Assembly (NCBI GenBank): GCA_964016885.1
Contig: OZ024741.1
Coordinates: 389,670,001 to 389,734,000 of the forward strand
Source of the DNA: Eledone cirrhosa
Lineage: Eukaryota
Direction: 5' to 3'
DNA: 64,000 bases
In this document: one piece after another, positions 34,006 through 46,414 of the stretch
Numbering within the stretch: the stretch's first letter is position 1
Layout: each line of letters opens with the position of its first letter
Position numbers and translations under genes: made by a program
Notes under the pieces: generated by a model
The model's input: the letters and a program-made list of their open reading frames with translations, nothing else
What the model was told of the DNA's origin: nothing
The model's database searches: none

Positions 34006-35575
34006 CCCGATCTTTCAGGGACAGCGTCCTCTCGGCCGATTTCTGGGTGAGAGATGCCACCCTGTTCGTCACCTCGTTCCAGTTTTTCTCCATCTGGAGG
34101 TCCAGACCAAACCAGACCCGTCTAGCACCCCATGGACTTGCCTTTCCAGGTGCTGAGCTGCAAGCCTACTGACTTTTCCTGGTTTAACTTTGCTCCTGTC
34201 ACTGCTTCATATTCCCAGAGAGCGGTGTCGAGCATCTGGCCATGTCTGGTGCTTGATACCACCACAGTGATGTCATCGGCGTAAGCTGATACGGATCTCC
34301 CACATCCCAGTTTGCGTGGGACGTCTCTCATTGCCTCCAATTTGTGCAGTAACGGCTCTAGGGCCAATACGTACAAGAGTGACGAGAGGGGACAAACCTG
34401 ACGGACCGAGCGCAAGATGCTGAACAGCTGTGACAGATGACCGTTCACCTTCACAACTGAGCAGATGTCGATGTGCATCACAACGATCCAACCCCTGAAA
34501 ATTGGCCCGAAACCAGCCGCTTCGAGGACTGCTGCCATGTACCAATGGTCGCGCCTCCCCTACCAGATTACCGATGACAAGCACCAATCTCGTTGCTAAC
34601 ACCTTGGCCAAAATCTTGAAATCTGAGTTAAGAGTCTGAAGTTGTCTATAACGTCCCCTTTGTTCGGGTCTTTTCTCAACAACACCACCACTCCCCGGCT
34701 CACAAAACTGGGAATGCTCCCGTTCTGCTACCAATTGCAGTAGACATCTGCCAAGAGGTCACCAAACATGTCTGGCATGTGAATGTAAAGCTCGTAGGGC
34801 AGACCATCCAAACTTGGCGATTTACCCCTCGAGCAGTCAGACATCGCTTCCCGTATTTCACCAGCTATTAACGGCTTTTCGCAACACTGCACTGCGGTCG
34901 TCGAGAGCTGCGGCAGTCCCTCGAGGTATGCACTGAAGTTCATACTCCAATCCTGCCTGCCACCGCTCCCAAACAGTTGAGCAAAGTGCTGCTGAAAAGC
35001 CTCACACATCTGCTCGGGTTCGAGTAACATGTGCCCGTTTTGGTCAGGCAAGGATTAAATTGTGGCTTTGTTGCCACATTGCGCATCCACCACCCAGGCC
35101 CATTGGACAGCTTTTTGTCCCCTCTTGTCTCAGGGCATGTGCTCTAGCTCTAACGATGCAGCCTTCATGCTTTGCATTGAAGAATTGGTCAAGTGCCAAT
35201 CTTGCCGCAAGCACGTCGGTTGCGATGCCTGTCCTAAACGCCTCTTCTAGCTTTCTAACTAGCTCTCCTTCTACTCTATTTTCCTCTATCTTTACTCCTT
35301 TGCTAAACCTTATTGATTCTACTCTAATTGCCCTTTTCAGAGTGAACCACCACCTGTTGTTGACGATGGCACCCGTCAACGTACGCTTAACTAATTCGCT
35401 TATCCGGTCTCTGTAAGGTTTGCATGCCAGAAAAGACGCGTTCAACTTCCTGTAACCGGGTCTAAGTCGACTTCACAGATCACAAATTTGTGGTCCGAGT
35501 AGCCAACTACTTTAAATTGTGGACAACCTATGCTAGCCTTATCTGTTTCCCTACACAATACCCTATCTAGATACA
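34006..35575 (-). mobile_element. Tx1/L1-clade LINE: APE C-terminus to RT, inverted relative to the adjacent piece
   Basis: YLDRV..SDH, KSPSLDGLPYELY, LNSDFKILAK, RQVCPLSSLLYVLALEPLL, YADD. Confidence 0.85.
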
Positions 35576-35599
35576 TATCTACATACACACACACACACA

Positions 35600-38500
35600 A
35601 TAACAATTATAACAATTAACAGTGCTGCGATGGAATGTGGCTTTTTAGGCCAGCGAATGATCTAAAGTGTCTTGCATTAGTTTGCAACCAAAATTATTCA
35701 CTGGCAATAGCCGGCTGTGGTTGGAGTTCATGTACTTTTGCATGTCTTTTGAGCTGATTTACACTCTCTACTACATGCTTGGCAGGCATCTCCAGCAACA
35801 GCCTGGTAGTCAGCCACTGGTCTCAATTTATGACTGCGAAGATGACTTTCGAGTCCAGCTTTGCTGAGGCAGAGTCTCGCACAGACACTGCATGTCAGTG
35901 CAATAGGAGGACCTTTGCTGTCTGGAAATGCAACAGCAATGCCCTTCCTCACATCCCTCTTTACTTTCTTGTATGCGATTCGAGATGCCTCAAAGGCAAC
36001 TTTCCCCTCATATAGTCTTTCTCCATTTATTACGATCAGTAGCAACATTTTCCCATGTATCAGCAGAGATGTTAGCGTCTTTCAAAGAGGCTTTCAACGA
36101 ATCCTTATACCTCTTTTTTGGTTTATGTGGAGGTCGTTTTCCTTTAACTAACTCTCCATAAAAGAGTTGTTTTGGTATCCTAGAATCCTTCATTCGGGCA
36201 AGGTGACCACTCCAACGGAGTCTTTGCTTAAGCACAAGAGCTTCTATACTGTCACACAGAGAACTTTCCAAAATCTCGACATCACTGATGTGGTCCCTCT
36301 GAGACACATCTGATGGAAACGCTCCAATTGTTTAAGGTGGTGTCAATATGTGACCCAAGTCTCGCAGGCATAAAGAAGAGAAGAGAGCACACATGCCTTG
36401 TACACCTTTACCTTTGTCTTCTTGCATATGTCTCGCCAACCCCAGAGGCACCTTTCTAGCTTTCCAAAAGCATCACTTGCTTTCCTAATCTTGAGTGGAA
36501 TTTCATTATCAAGGCTGCTTTATCGATTGACAGTGCTTCCCAGGTAGACAAAACTGGTCAACCACTCCAAGTCGTTTACCATATACATAGATATTTGGCT
36601 CACTGTACTGCTTACCAGGGGCAGGTTGGTACATGATGGCGGTTTTCTTGAGACTGACATTCAATCTTAGGGCAGTGCAAGCATCAGAAAATGCATTCAA
36701 AATGTGCTGCATATCACTCTCTGTGTGTGCTACAAGATCACAATCATCTGCATACAAGAAGCCTCTTATGATTGATGTAAATACTTTTGTTTTTGCAGCG
36801 AAGCGCCTGATGTTAAATAAGTTGCCTGAGGTTCGATATTGGATGTAAACACCATGCTCACAATTTCTGAATGCAATATAGAAAACCATTGCAAAGTATA
36901 TGGCAAACAGTGCTGGAATATTCCCCTGTTTCACTCTGATAGGCTCTGACATGTTACCTCTGACATTAACCCAAGCCTATCATGGAAAGACCTAACCAAA
37001 GCAAGGAACTTATCAGGGCAACCAAGTTTCTGGAGAACCTTCCACAATGCATTTCTGTTAACAGTGTCGAAAGCTTTTGTCAGAATGATAAAAACCTTGT
37101 TTCGTGCACTTCTCCTGGAGCTGTCTAGCTGAGAAGATCATATCAGTAGTGCTGCGTCCAGCATGAAAACCAGATTGACTTTCAGGAAGAACATAATCTG
37201 CAATGTGTGTCAGCAGACGGTCAAGAAGCACCCTACATAAAATTTTTCCTACAACTGAAAGCAATGATATACCTCTGTAGTTTCCACAATCATTTTTGTT
37301 ACCCTTTCCTTTGTACAAGACCACCATTACTGCATCTCTCCAGTCGTCAGATACAGATTCACTAGCCCATATCCTGCCAAACAAAGAGTGAAGATGTTGC
37401 AGAAGTCTCTCACCACCATATTGTAAGAGCTCTGCATGTATGCCATCCATACCTGGAGATCTTCCACTGTTCAGCTTCGAGATAGCTACTGCAACCTCCA
37501 TAAGCATCGGTGGTTCTGTGAGAGCTACTTTCACAGGTTTTTCAAGAAGGAGATTGAGGAAATCTTCATTGACGACAGACAGCTGATTCAAAAGTTCATC
37601 AAAGTGCTCTCGCCACCTTCGCAGAATTCCTTGTGAGTTACGAAGAAGTTCTTTGCCATCCTTACTGCGAAGAGATGTCACCAGAGAAGAAGACGGTCCA
37701 TAAACGCAAGAGACTGTACAACAGCTTTGTGTTATTGGAATCTGATGCAGCTTGTATCTCATCAGCCTTCTCACTCCACCACTTATCCTTCATCTGAGAA
37801 AGACTCCACCTCACAAGTGATTTCACATCCTTGAGTTCCTTATGCAACATATTTTTCTCCTGTGGTTTTGTTGCCAAGTAGCGTGACAGAGCACGCCTCT
37901 TATCAGCCAACAAATCATCTATATGTTCATCATTCTCATTAAACCAGTCTTGATGCGTTCTCTGCACCAATCCCAGAACACACCTGCCTACATCATAAAC
38001 CAACTTTTTAAGGGTTGGCCAATCCTCACCAAGATCTGCAATATGCATCTCTTCTCACAATGTCCTCTTCACATTTTTATCTCTAAGACGAGCAGCATTC
38101 AATCTCCTAGGCAGGGTAACACCAGGAGCCCGGATTTTACGTTTAGTGATTAGTTTCACTTTTGCGCATACCAGGCGGTGGTCCGTCCAGCACTCAGCTC
38201 AACGAAGAACATGAACACACTGCACATCCCATCTGTCACGCATCTTGACAAGAACGTAGTCCAAAAGATGCCATTCCTTAGATGCAGGTGCATCCATGTG
38301 GTCTTAAATTTGTTCTTTTGCTGGAACATGGTGTTGGTAACACACAGATCCAGCTCCTCACACAGCTGCAGCAGGAGCATACCATTGTTGTTACACTTTC
38401 CCACCCCATGCTTTCCGATTACCTTCCATGTGTTAAAATCCCTACCCACTCTAGCATTAAAGTCACCAAGCACGATGACCTTGTCTGCCTGAGGGATATT

Positions 38501-39010
38501 TCTTAAAACACCTTCAAGGCATGGTAAAAAGACACTTTTTCTTCATCGACAGAATTCATAGTTGGAGCATACACACTCACCAGGGTCGCATATCTTCCTT
38601 TGTCCAGCGGAAGTCTCATGGACATAAGATGCTCACTAATCCCCACTGGGAATTCTTCTAATTTATCCACAAGAGCAGTCTTAACAGCAAATGCTACCTC
38701 AGCCTCTTTTCTGGTTCCTTCATCTCTTCCTTTCCAGAAGAATGTGTATTCTCCACAAAATTCTGTAAGATGACCATCTCCAGCTAACCTCGCCTCAGAT
38801 AAAGTTACGATGTCAAGATCATAACAATGAAGCTCCTTTGCAGCAAGAGCGGTCCTTCATTCAGGACGTTCAGAGGAATCCCTGTCAAGCAGCGTCTGTA
38901 TGTTCCAGAAGCCGATATTAAACGCCTTGTTTGGCTCAATTTCAGTGGCACGGTGACAAGCGGCCCAGGCTGTGATACCCTGGGGCCCCTGCCCTTATTG
39001 CCAATTATCT
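35600..39010 (-). mobile_element. Near full-length degraded RTE/BovB-like LINE
   Basis: LGDFNARVG, NYRGISLLS, PESQSGF..STTDMIFSARQLQEKC, LYADDC, RLRWSGHLARM, IPKQLFYGEL, terminal CSVC..H..H finger. Confidence 0.9.
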
Positions 39011-39071
39011 CTTTTATATTGTTTTGGATCTTCATTAAATTGGGAAAAAAAAAAAAGTAATAATAATAATG

Positions 39072-39099
<28 letters not shown>

Positions 39100-39102
<3 letters not shown>

Positions 39103-39858
39103 TTTAATAATGTTTTCTTTATTAACCACAAGGGTTTACATAAAGTAGACATTAAGGACAGTACAGGACAATACAGGACGGTACAAATGGGCATTTCTGC
39201 GTGTAAAAAACAAAAGCAGAGGATGTAACAAAAAAATAACAATGAAAAATTCCCCAATAGGGGGGAGACTTCCGAGGGACATTCGTGGAGAAAGCCCATT
39301 AAAAAAGCCACAGTGACCCTGACCACCAGGGCAAGTGCCCTCTCCCAGTTTTCCACCTTTAATTTACAGACACATACTTGAGCCATTCTTGCCTCTCTCA
39401 CCCAACTTTCAACAAAATGCTGGGAAGAGAGCACTTCCCTCTATACCCTGATTTTCCTTTTCAAATGAAATTTGTAAAAGTTAATCAGGGCATCACCGAA
39501 GAGGTAAGTGCTCGTCTTCAGCCCTTTCAAACGTGTCCACCATACTATCTCTTTCGCCATGGCCACCAGACAAATAAAAACTGCCTGCCCTTCCCGGCTA
39601 AAGGAAGAGGGCGGGGCAATCCTCACGATGGACTCAGCTGATAGCCGGATCTGTTCTACACGCGACAGCAGGTGTTCGACATAAACGCACAAGTCAGCAA
39701 TGCTCAGACACTGGACGAGTGTGTGCAGGATGGTTTCGTCGCCCTGCGCGCATCTCGGACATGCCCGGCTGACGGCACCTCCATGCCTGTAGAGTTTATC
39801 CCAAACTGGCAAAGGTCCTCGGTAGCACTGCCAGGCCAGGGATTTCTGGAATGATTTA
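39100..39858 (-). mobile_element. Tx1-like LINE 3' end, tandem copy 1
   Basis: LPVWDKL..CPRC..ETILHTLVQC zinc-binding C-terminus; (ATT)n tail. Confidence 0.85.
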
Positions 39859-39889
39859 ATAATAATAACACTATTAATAATTATTAATT

Positions 39890-40648
39890 AATGCTTTCTT
39901 TATTAACCACAAGGGTTTACATAAAGTAGACATTAAGGACAATACAGGACGGTACAAATGGGCATTTCTGCGTGTAAAAAAAACAAAAACAGAGGATGTA
40001 ACAAAAAAATAACAATGAAAAATTCCCCAATAGGGGGGAGACTTCCGAGGGACATTTGTGGAGAAAGCCCATTAAAAGGCCACAGTGACCCTGACCACCA
40101 GGGCAAGTGCCCTCTCCCAGTTTTCCACCTTTAATTTACAGACACATACTCAGAGAAGGCCCATTCATTCGGGCCATACTTGCTTCTCTCACCCATCTTT
40201 CAACAAAATGCTGGGAAGAGAGCACTTCCCTCTCTACCCTGATTTTCCTTTTCAAATTTCATTTGAAAAAGTTAATCAGGGCATCACTGAAGAGGTAAAT
40301 GCTCGTCTTCAGCCCTTTCAAACGCGTCCACCATACTATCTCTTTCGCCATGGCCACCAGACAGATAAAAACTGCCTGCCCTTCCCGGCTAAAGGAAGAC
40401 GGCAGGGCAATCCTCACGATGGACTCAGCTGATAGCCGGATCTGTTCTACACATGACAGCAGGTGTTCGACATAAACGCACAAGTCAGCAATGCTCGGAC
40501 ACTGGACAAGTGTGTGCAGGATGGTTTCGTCGCCCTGTGCGCATCTCGGACTTGCCCGGCTGACGGCACCTCCATGCCTGTAGAGTTTATCCCAAACTGG
40601 CAAAGCTCCTTGGTAGCACTGCCAGGCCAGGGATTTCTGGAATGATTT
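39890..40648 (-). mobile_element. Tx1-like LINE 3' end, tandem copy 2
   Basis: Highly similar to copy 1 with the same 5' truncation point. Confidence 0.85.
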
Positions 40649-40656
40649 AATAATAA

Positions 40657-40836
40657 TTGTTTCTACTTTAGGCACAAGGCCAGCAATCACCCAGTACATT
40701 ACTGGTACTTTATTTTATCGACCCCCGTAAGGATGAAAGGCAAAGTTAACCTTGGCGGGATTTGAACTCAGAATGGCAAGGGTCGTAACTCTATGAGTCA
40801 AAGCATGGCGTTCGACCCGCTACCGATACTGCCAAA
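40657..40836 (-). mobile_element. Meta-domain SINE
   Basis: Same family as 32803-32994. Confidence 0.85.
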
Positions 40837-40924
40837 ATAATAACACTATTAATAATTATTAATTAATGATGTCATTTATTGGCCGACTTTCATTATTTCA
40901 CGATCGCATTAATTATTAATTAAT

Positions 40925-42335
40925 GCAATCGTGCAATGCCTGTGCGTAAAGAATATTTTTAAAGTGAGGAAAGACTGTGCACTGAGCCAATCCCACTCTC
41001 TGAGCGACAGTAGCTATAACCTGAAAAGAAGAAAAAATCAAGATCATTGGTAACTACTGAGCCGTAGGCTTTATGTTGGAGTTAACCCAGTTTCCTGAGA
41101 TACCTTCTCCTAGAAGAATGCTCTGACAAGGGCTAGGGGTCCTTCACTCCCAGTAGTTTAACTGTGGTCGGGTGTCCAGCCCGATTATTTATATGTCCCC
41201 GCACACAAAAAAAAAAAATCACTTAGTGACACTCATACATACGACACACACACACACACACTCACTTACACATGCACACGCACCAACACTCATACATACA
41301 TACAAACACACACACGCCACTCACTTACACACACACACACCTATACATATGTTACTGTCATTACTGATACAAAATCATGTCAACTGTTGACTTTTGAAAG
41401 AGTTTGTATAATTGAAGCCGTGTGTAATATTATAATTGCTTTACAGCATAGAGCTATGGCCCTTCACGTTCCAAGCTCAAATCCAGCCGAGGTCAACCCT
41501 GCTCTTCATCCCCATGGAGTCGATAAAACAAAGCACCAGTAATGCACTCGCACAATCGTTGGCCCGTGGCCTAAAGCAGAAAAATTATTATTAGTATAGT
41601 TGTTGTTTTCTTAAGGCCCGATTGCTGGTGATGGTGATGGTGGTGGCAGTTGATGTTGTTGTTGTTGTTTGGGGTTTTTTTTATTATCGTTTGATGCCGC
41701 AGCTGTTGTAGATGTTGGTGTTGTTCCTCTTGATGTTGTAAATGTTGGTGTTCATTCTGATGCTGTACTTTGCCTTTCATCCTTACTGGGTCGATAAAAT
41801 AAAGTACCAGTAATGCACTGGGTAATTGCTGGCCTTGTGCCTAAATTAGAAACAATTAATGTGGTGGATTGGTCGGACGCCATGCTTTGCAAACAAAGAG
41901 TTACGGCCCTTTATAGTCTGAGTTCAAATCCCGCCGAAGTTATCTTTTCCTTTCATCCTTTCGGGGTCGATAAAATAAAGTACCAGTAATACATTGGGAT
42001 AATTGCTGGCCTTGTGCCAAAAGTAGAAACAATTAATAATTATTAATTAATGCTACAGTGCAATGCCTGTGTGTGAAGATTCTTTTTAAAGTGAGGAAAG
42101 ACTGTGCACTGAGCCAATCCCACTCTCTGAGCAACAGTAGCTATAACCCGAAAAGAAGAAAAGATCAACATCATTGGTAACAACTGAATCGCAGGTTTTA
42201 TGTTGGAGTTATCCCAATTTCTTAAGTTGCCTTTGCCTAGAAAAATGCCCTGATAAAGCCTGGGAGTCCTTCACTCCCAGTGGTTTAACCACGCGATTGG
42301 GTATCCAGCCCAATTATTTCTATGTCCCCGTGCAT
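40925..42335 (-). repeat. Two copies of an RTE 5'-UTR-like segment (40925-41205, 42050-42335) separated by Meta-SINE pieces
   Basis: Shared GCAATGCCTGTG..GAGCCAATCCCACTCTCTGAGC..; CTAGGAGAAGG motif on the minus strand; SINEs at ~41440-41590 and 41766-42036. Confidence 0.55.
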
Positions 42336-42371
42336 ATATATACATTTGCATACAAGTATACATATATATAC

Positions 42372-42718
42372 ATCATCATTTCATCATCATTTCATTTTAC
42401 GTCCGCTTTTTCCCTGCTTGCAAGGGTGGGACGGGAACTGATTTTGGCTTGATTTCTACAGCTGGATGCCCTTCCTAACACCAACCTCATTTACAGTGAG
42501 TGCTGGGTGCTTTTTTGCCGTGGGACCTCCACGACTACTTTGCAGTGGAATGATATGGACTCCAGTCCCTATCATCTCATTTCTACAGCTGAGTAAACTG
42601 GAGCAATGTGAAATAAAGTGTCTTGCTCAAGGAAACAACACATCACCCGGTCTGAGAATTGAACTCACAACCTTTCGATTGCAAGGCCAATGCTCTAACC
42701 ACTAAGCCATGTGCCTCC
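42372..42718 (-). mobile_element. Full-length CORE SINE with RTE-type tail
   Basis: A-box TGGCTTAGTGG, B-box GTTCAATTC, CORE-like segment, tail GTTAGGAAGGGCATCCAG..(GAT)n. Confidence 0.88.
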
Positions 42719-42737
42719 ATATATATGCATATATATA

Positions 42738-43296
42738 TAAGAGGAATCAAATGCTGTGTGCAGGAGAGGCGGTTGCGCTGGTATGGACGTGTGATGCGTA
42801 TGAAGGATGACAGCTGCATAAAAAGGTGCAGAGCACTAGAAGTCGATGGAAATCGTGGAGTGGGGAGACCCAAGATGACCTGGGATGAGGTGATAAAAGC
42901 CGACCTTACCCAATTACACCTCTCAAAGGCAATGACACACGACCGTGACCTCTGGCGTCACGCAGTAATACAGAGTACCCGACCTCCCATGGGTACAAGC
43001 TGAAGCATATAGACAATATGCCCCCACACCTCCCACCGCAAGGTGGTCGTGGAGGTGCCACGGCAAAAAAGCACCCAGCCCACACTGTAAAGTGGATGTG
43101 TAGGCGCCATGAAAAAGCACCCAGCACTCACTGTAAATGAGGTTGGTGTTAGGAAGGGCATCCAGCTGTAGAAATCAAGCCAAATCAGTTCCTGTATGAG
43201 CAAGGCATGGTCAGCCGACCAGACACTACCCACAACAGGACAATCCATCTAACCCATGCTAGCGTGGAAGAACAGACGTAAAACAGTGTTGATGAT
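42738..43296 (+). mobile_element. RTE LINE 3' fragment
   Basis: RRLRWYGRVMRMKDD..GRPKMTW plus RTE 3' UTR. Confidence 0.85.
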
Positions 43297-44855
43297 GGTG
43301 GCTGCCAACTCGTTTTCGAGTACGGCCACTACTTTATATCCATGTAGGAGAACCCCTACCGATGCGCTGAACGAGTGTGACATTTTAGTCCAGCCAGCGA
43401 CTTGAAAACTCTGGTACAAACACTACACTTGTTACAATTATTGACACATAGTGCTGGGCCCATGCTACCATGTGACGACAAGTGCAGAGAGATCTCCAGA
43501 TATAAAGCAATGCCTGTGCTGTGAAGCTTTTATAGTGAGCAAAGGCACTGCACAAAGCCAGTCCCACTCTCTTAACCAAGATGATATTTACCAAAAAGAA
43601 GAACAAGTCAACATCATTGGATAGCAAAGGAGCTCTTAAGAGTCAATGGCCATCCAAAATCACCGGGAGAGATGACCCCTTAGCCTTAGTCAAAGCAGAA
43701 TTCTAGGAGAAGGAAAACTCTGATATAACACCTGCAACCCTGATACATATATATATACATATATATACACACATGTATATATGTATACACATATTTACAC
43801 TCTTTTGGATGGCCGTTGACTCTTATGAGTTCTTCCGCCCTTTGTCAGGTTTTGCTTTTTGTCCAGCAGGGTGTCCAAAATCACCCTCCTCACCAAGTAA
43901 ACTTGGTGGGGTTGCTGGTTTAGTTGCTGGCAACCTGACCATGCGACAGGTTGTACTGGGTTACATATTACCAGTAGCACTCAAGAGTGATTTGACATAC
44001 ATACATACATAATGGTTGTATCGTAATTTCAAAAATTACTATTCCTTGTCCTTTTTCTCATACATGACTTTTTAGCCCTTTCAAGGACTTGGATTCCTTT
44101 CTGCATATGCTGCAGCGAAAAGAATCTACCAACTATAAACAAAATTCTGGTGGTGCTGTTGACAGACTTTCTACTCACAGTCATGAGGGACCTTATAGTG
44201 ATAGTATGTCTCAATTTTGCAAAGGTGGATGTGTACCCTTATAGACTTTTAATAAATTAGAAAAGATTCAACAACAGAACCTTCTAGCTGCTTTACAGCT
44301 TTCCTTGCTTCCCATTTTTTCTTTATCTTTTTTTTTATGCTTATTTTGCCTCCCATTGGCCTTCCTTATTAAATTTTTTTTTTAAATTTAAATTTTCATT
44401 TTTATATACACTTTTTTCTGTGTATCTTGTTTTTTTGTTTTCTTTTCAACTGTAAGAAATATTAGATACTTCCCCTAGTCTGTCGTAGCTTACTAGCTCT
44501 ATATGGACATTTAAATAAATAAATATATACCAAAGAGTGTCCCACATTATTTCTAACAGGGGCAATAAACCCTTCTTAAATGTGTAGGCCCATATCTTGT
44601 TCTGGTCTTCTTACTACCAATGAGCATGCAACTCGTAATATCATCTGTTAGATTTTCATCCTTACATTTATTTTAGCAGATCTGAATTAAGCACATTTTA
44701 CAATATTTAAGATAAAAATGTTGGTTGCCCAAGGAATACTGAAACCAAAGGCAGTCACATGCAATGCCAACCATAACGAAGACAAAGACTGTTACAAGAC
44801 AAAGGAAAATGAATGACTGGGAAAGACAAAAGAAAAAGACAGTGTCATCACTAAC

Positions 44856-45050
44856 CTGTGGTGAACTATGTTGATTTTCATTAGGGAGTGATGTCTTTGT
44901 CTGTTTTGGGATAGAACTCAAAATATCAGATGACAAATCATTAGAAGTCTTCATTTTGGTTCCCATTATAGAAACAAGATCGAGGGGACTGTATTCCGGA
45001 GAAGAAACTGGCTGGAAATGCCACTTTCTCTGAATGTTGGGAGAATTCAT
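44856..45050 (-). CDS. Probable first coding exon of host gene (MNSPNIQRKWHFQPVSSPEYSP...QHSSPQ)
   Basis: ATG with in-frame TGA 8 codons upstream; donor CAG/gttagt at phase 0 joins the 14534 exon in frame; strong acceptor cttatttctttctccag at 45494. Confidence 0.65.
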
Positions 45051-45773
45051 TAAAATATATTTTTGAAAATCTCACTTCTTGAAGGTAAGTAGAAGAAAAG
45101 GTAAATCAATAAATTATAAGTAGGTTGATTAATAATGCCAAAATCCAACAGATTTGCTTGATGATTCAATCATGTTTTCTCCTCCTCATTTGATTTTTGA
45201 AAATAATCTGATATGTTATTCGCAGAATTAAAAATTGATTGGAAGGTGTCATTTATGTGATGGCAATAAGTATTCAGTAAGTAATAAGTAAATGGCTATA
45301 TTAACAATGGAGACAAAAGTACTGGAATTTTCTTTTTAGCACTGGAAAAACGGAAATTAAGTGGATATATCAGAGTAGATAAGACGAAGCAGATTTACCT
45401 TTGAAGGGGGTCGATAAATATTTTCAAAGTAGATTCCCATTGAATGTCACCATAGCAATATAAAAGACTGGGCAAAATTCAAGTGAAAAATAGCTGGAGA
45501 AAGAAATAAGCTTAGTCAAGAGATTAAACAGATTTCTCAATATTATCTGGCATACATTTTATCTTACTTTTTTTCCCCTTATGTTTTTGTTTTGAATTTT
45601 GACAGGTTAATATTTTTTTTAATATGCTCCAAAGACTATTTCTACTAGACAACACATAAGAGCAAATGAACGAAAATGAACTAGGCCTTAAAGGTGAAGT
45701 AGGATTAGAAATATATATATATAGAAAGAATGAACTTATTTTGAATATCATCATCATCATCACCCTTTTACGT

Positions 45774-45802
<29 letters not shown>

Positions 45803-45805
<3 letters not shown>

Positions 45806-45938
45806 GGAAAAAGTATGACCCCGACGGCAGAGCGCAAGCTGTTTCGACGGCTATTTCTGGACTGAAATGGCTATTTGCGTCCAGAAATAGCCATCGAAAC
45901 GGCTTGAGCTCTGCCATCTGGGTCATACTTTTTCCTAT
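45803..45938. repeat. Fold-back/MITE-like hairpin, ~60-bp arms, 16-nt loop
   Basis: ATAGGAAAAAGTATGACCC..TTTCTGGAC / GTCCAGAAA..GGGTCATACTTTTTCCTAT. Confidence 0.85.
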
Positions 45939-46106
45939 TTTCCACTCTACTACCCTAAGTATTGAGTACTCTGGTGCGTTATGGTCCATCTGGTTCCTTA
46001 CCACAATTCCTTTGTTTTATATATATATATATAAATGTAAAAAAAGTATGATGTTGAATTAAATAAAATGTAACAAAAACTGTATATATATATGTGTGTG
46101 TAGTTG

Positions 46107-46164
<58 letters not shown>

Positions 46165-46414
46165 TCATCATCGTCGTCACTGTTTTTATGTCCACAAATA
46201 TATATAACTTTTGAATATATATATATAAGTTTTGAATGTATAAACAAGAGAAAAAAAACTCAATATATGAATAGGGTAATATATGTTTTATTATAGCTGT
46301 GAAACTATACTAGTGACCTTGAGGGTCAGTCATTTCATGCTTGACTGCACTCTGCAAATCTGATATGTGTGTGCATGTGTGTTTGTGTGTGTTTGTGTGT
46401 GCATGTACATGTAT

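Noticed and set aside
38805-39434. 209-aa minus-strand ORF
   Set aside because: Chimeric read-through of Tx1 3' UTR, TAA microsatellite and RTE 5' region
43800-43985. HDV-like ribozyme in RTE 5'-UTR-like sequence
   Set aside because: Only a simple hairpin (CAACCTG/CAGGTTG) and CTAA-ACCAG were visible; the nested double pseudoknot could not be assembled by eye
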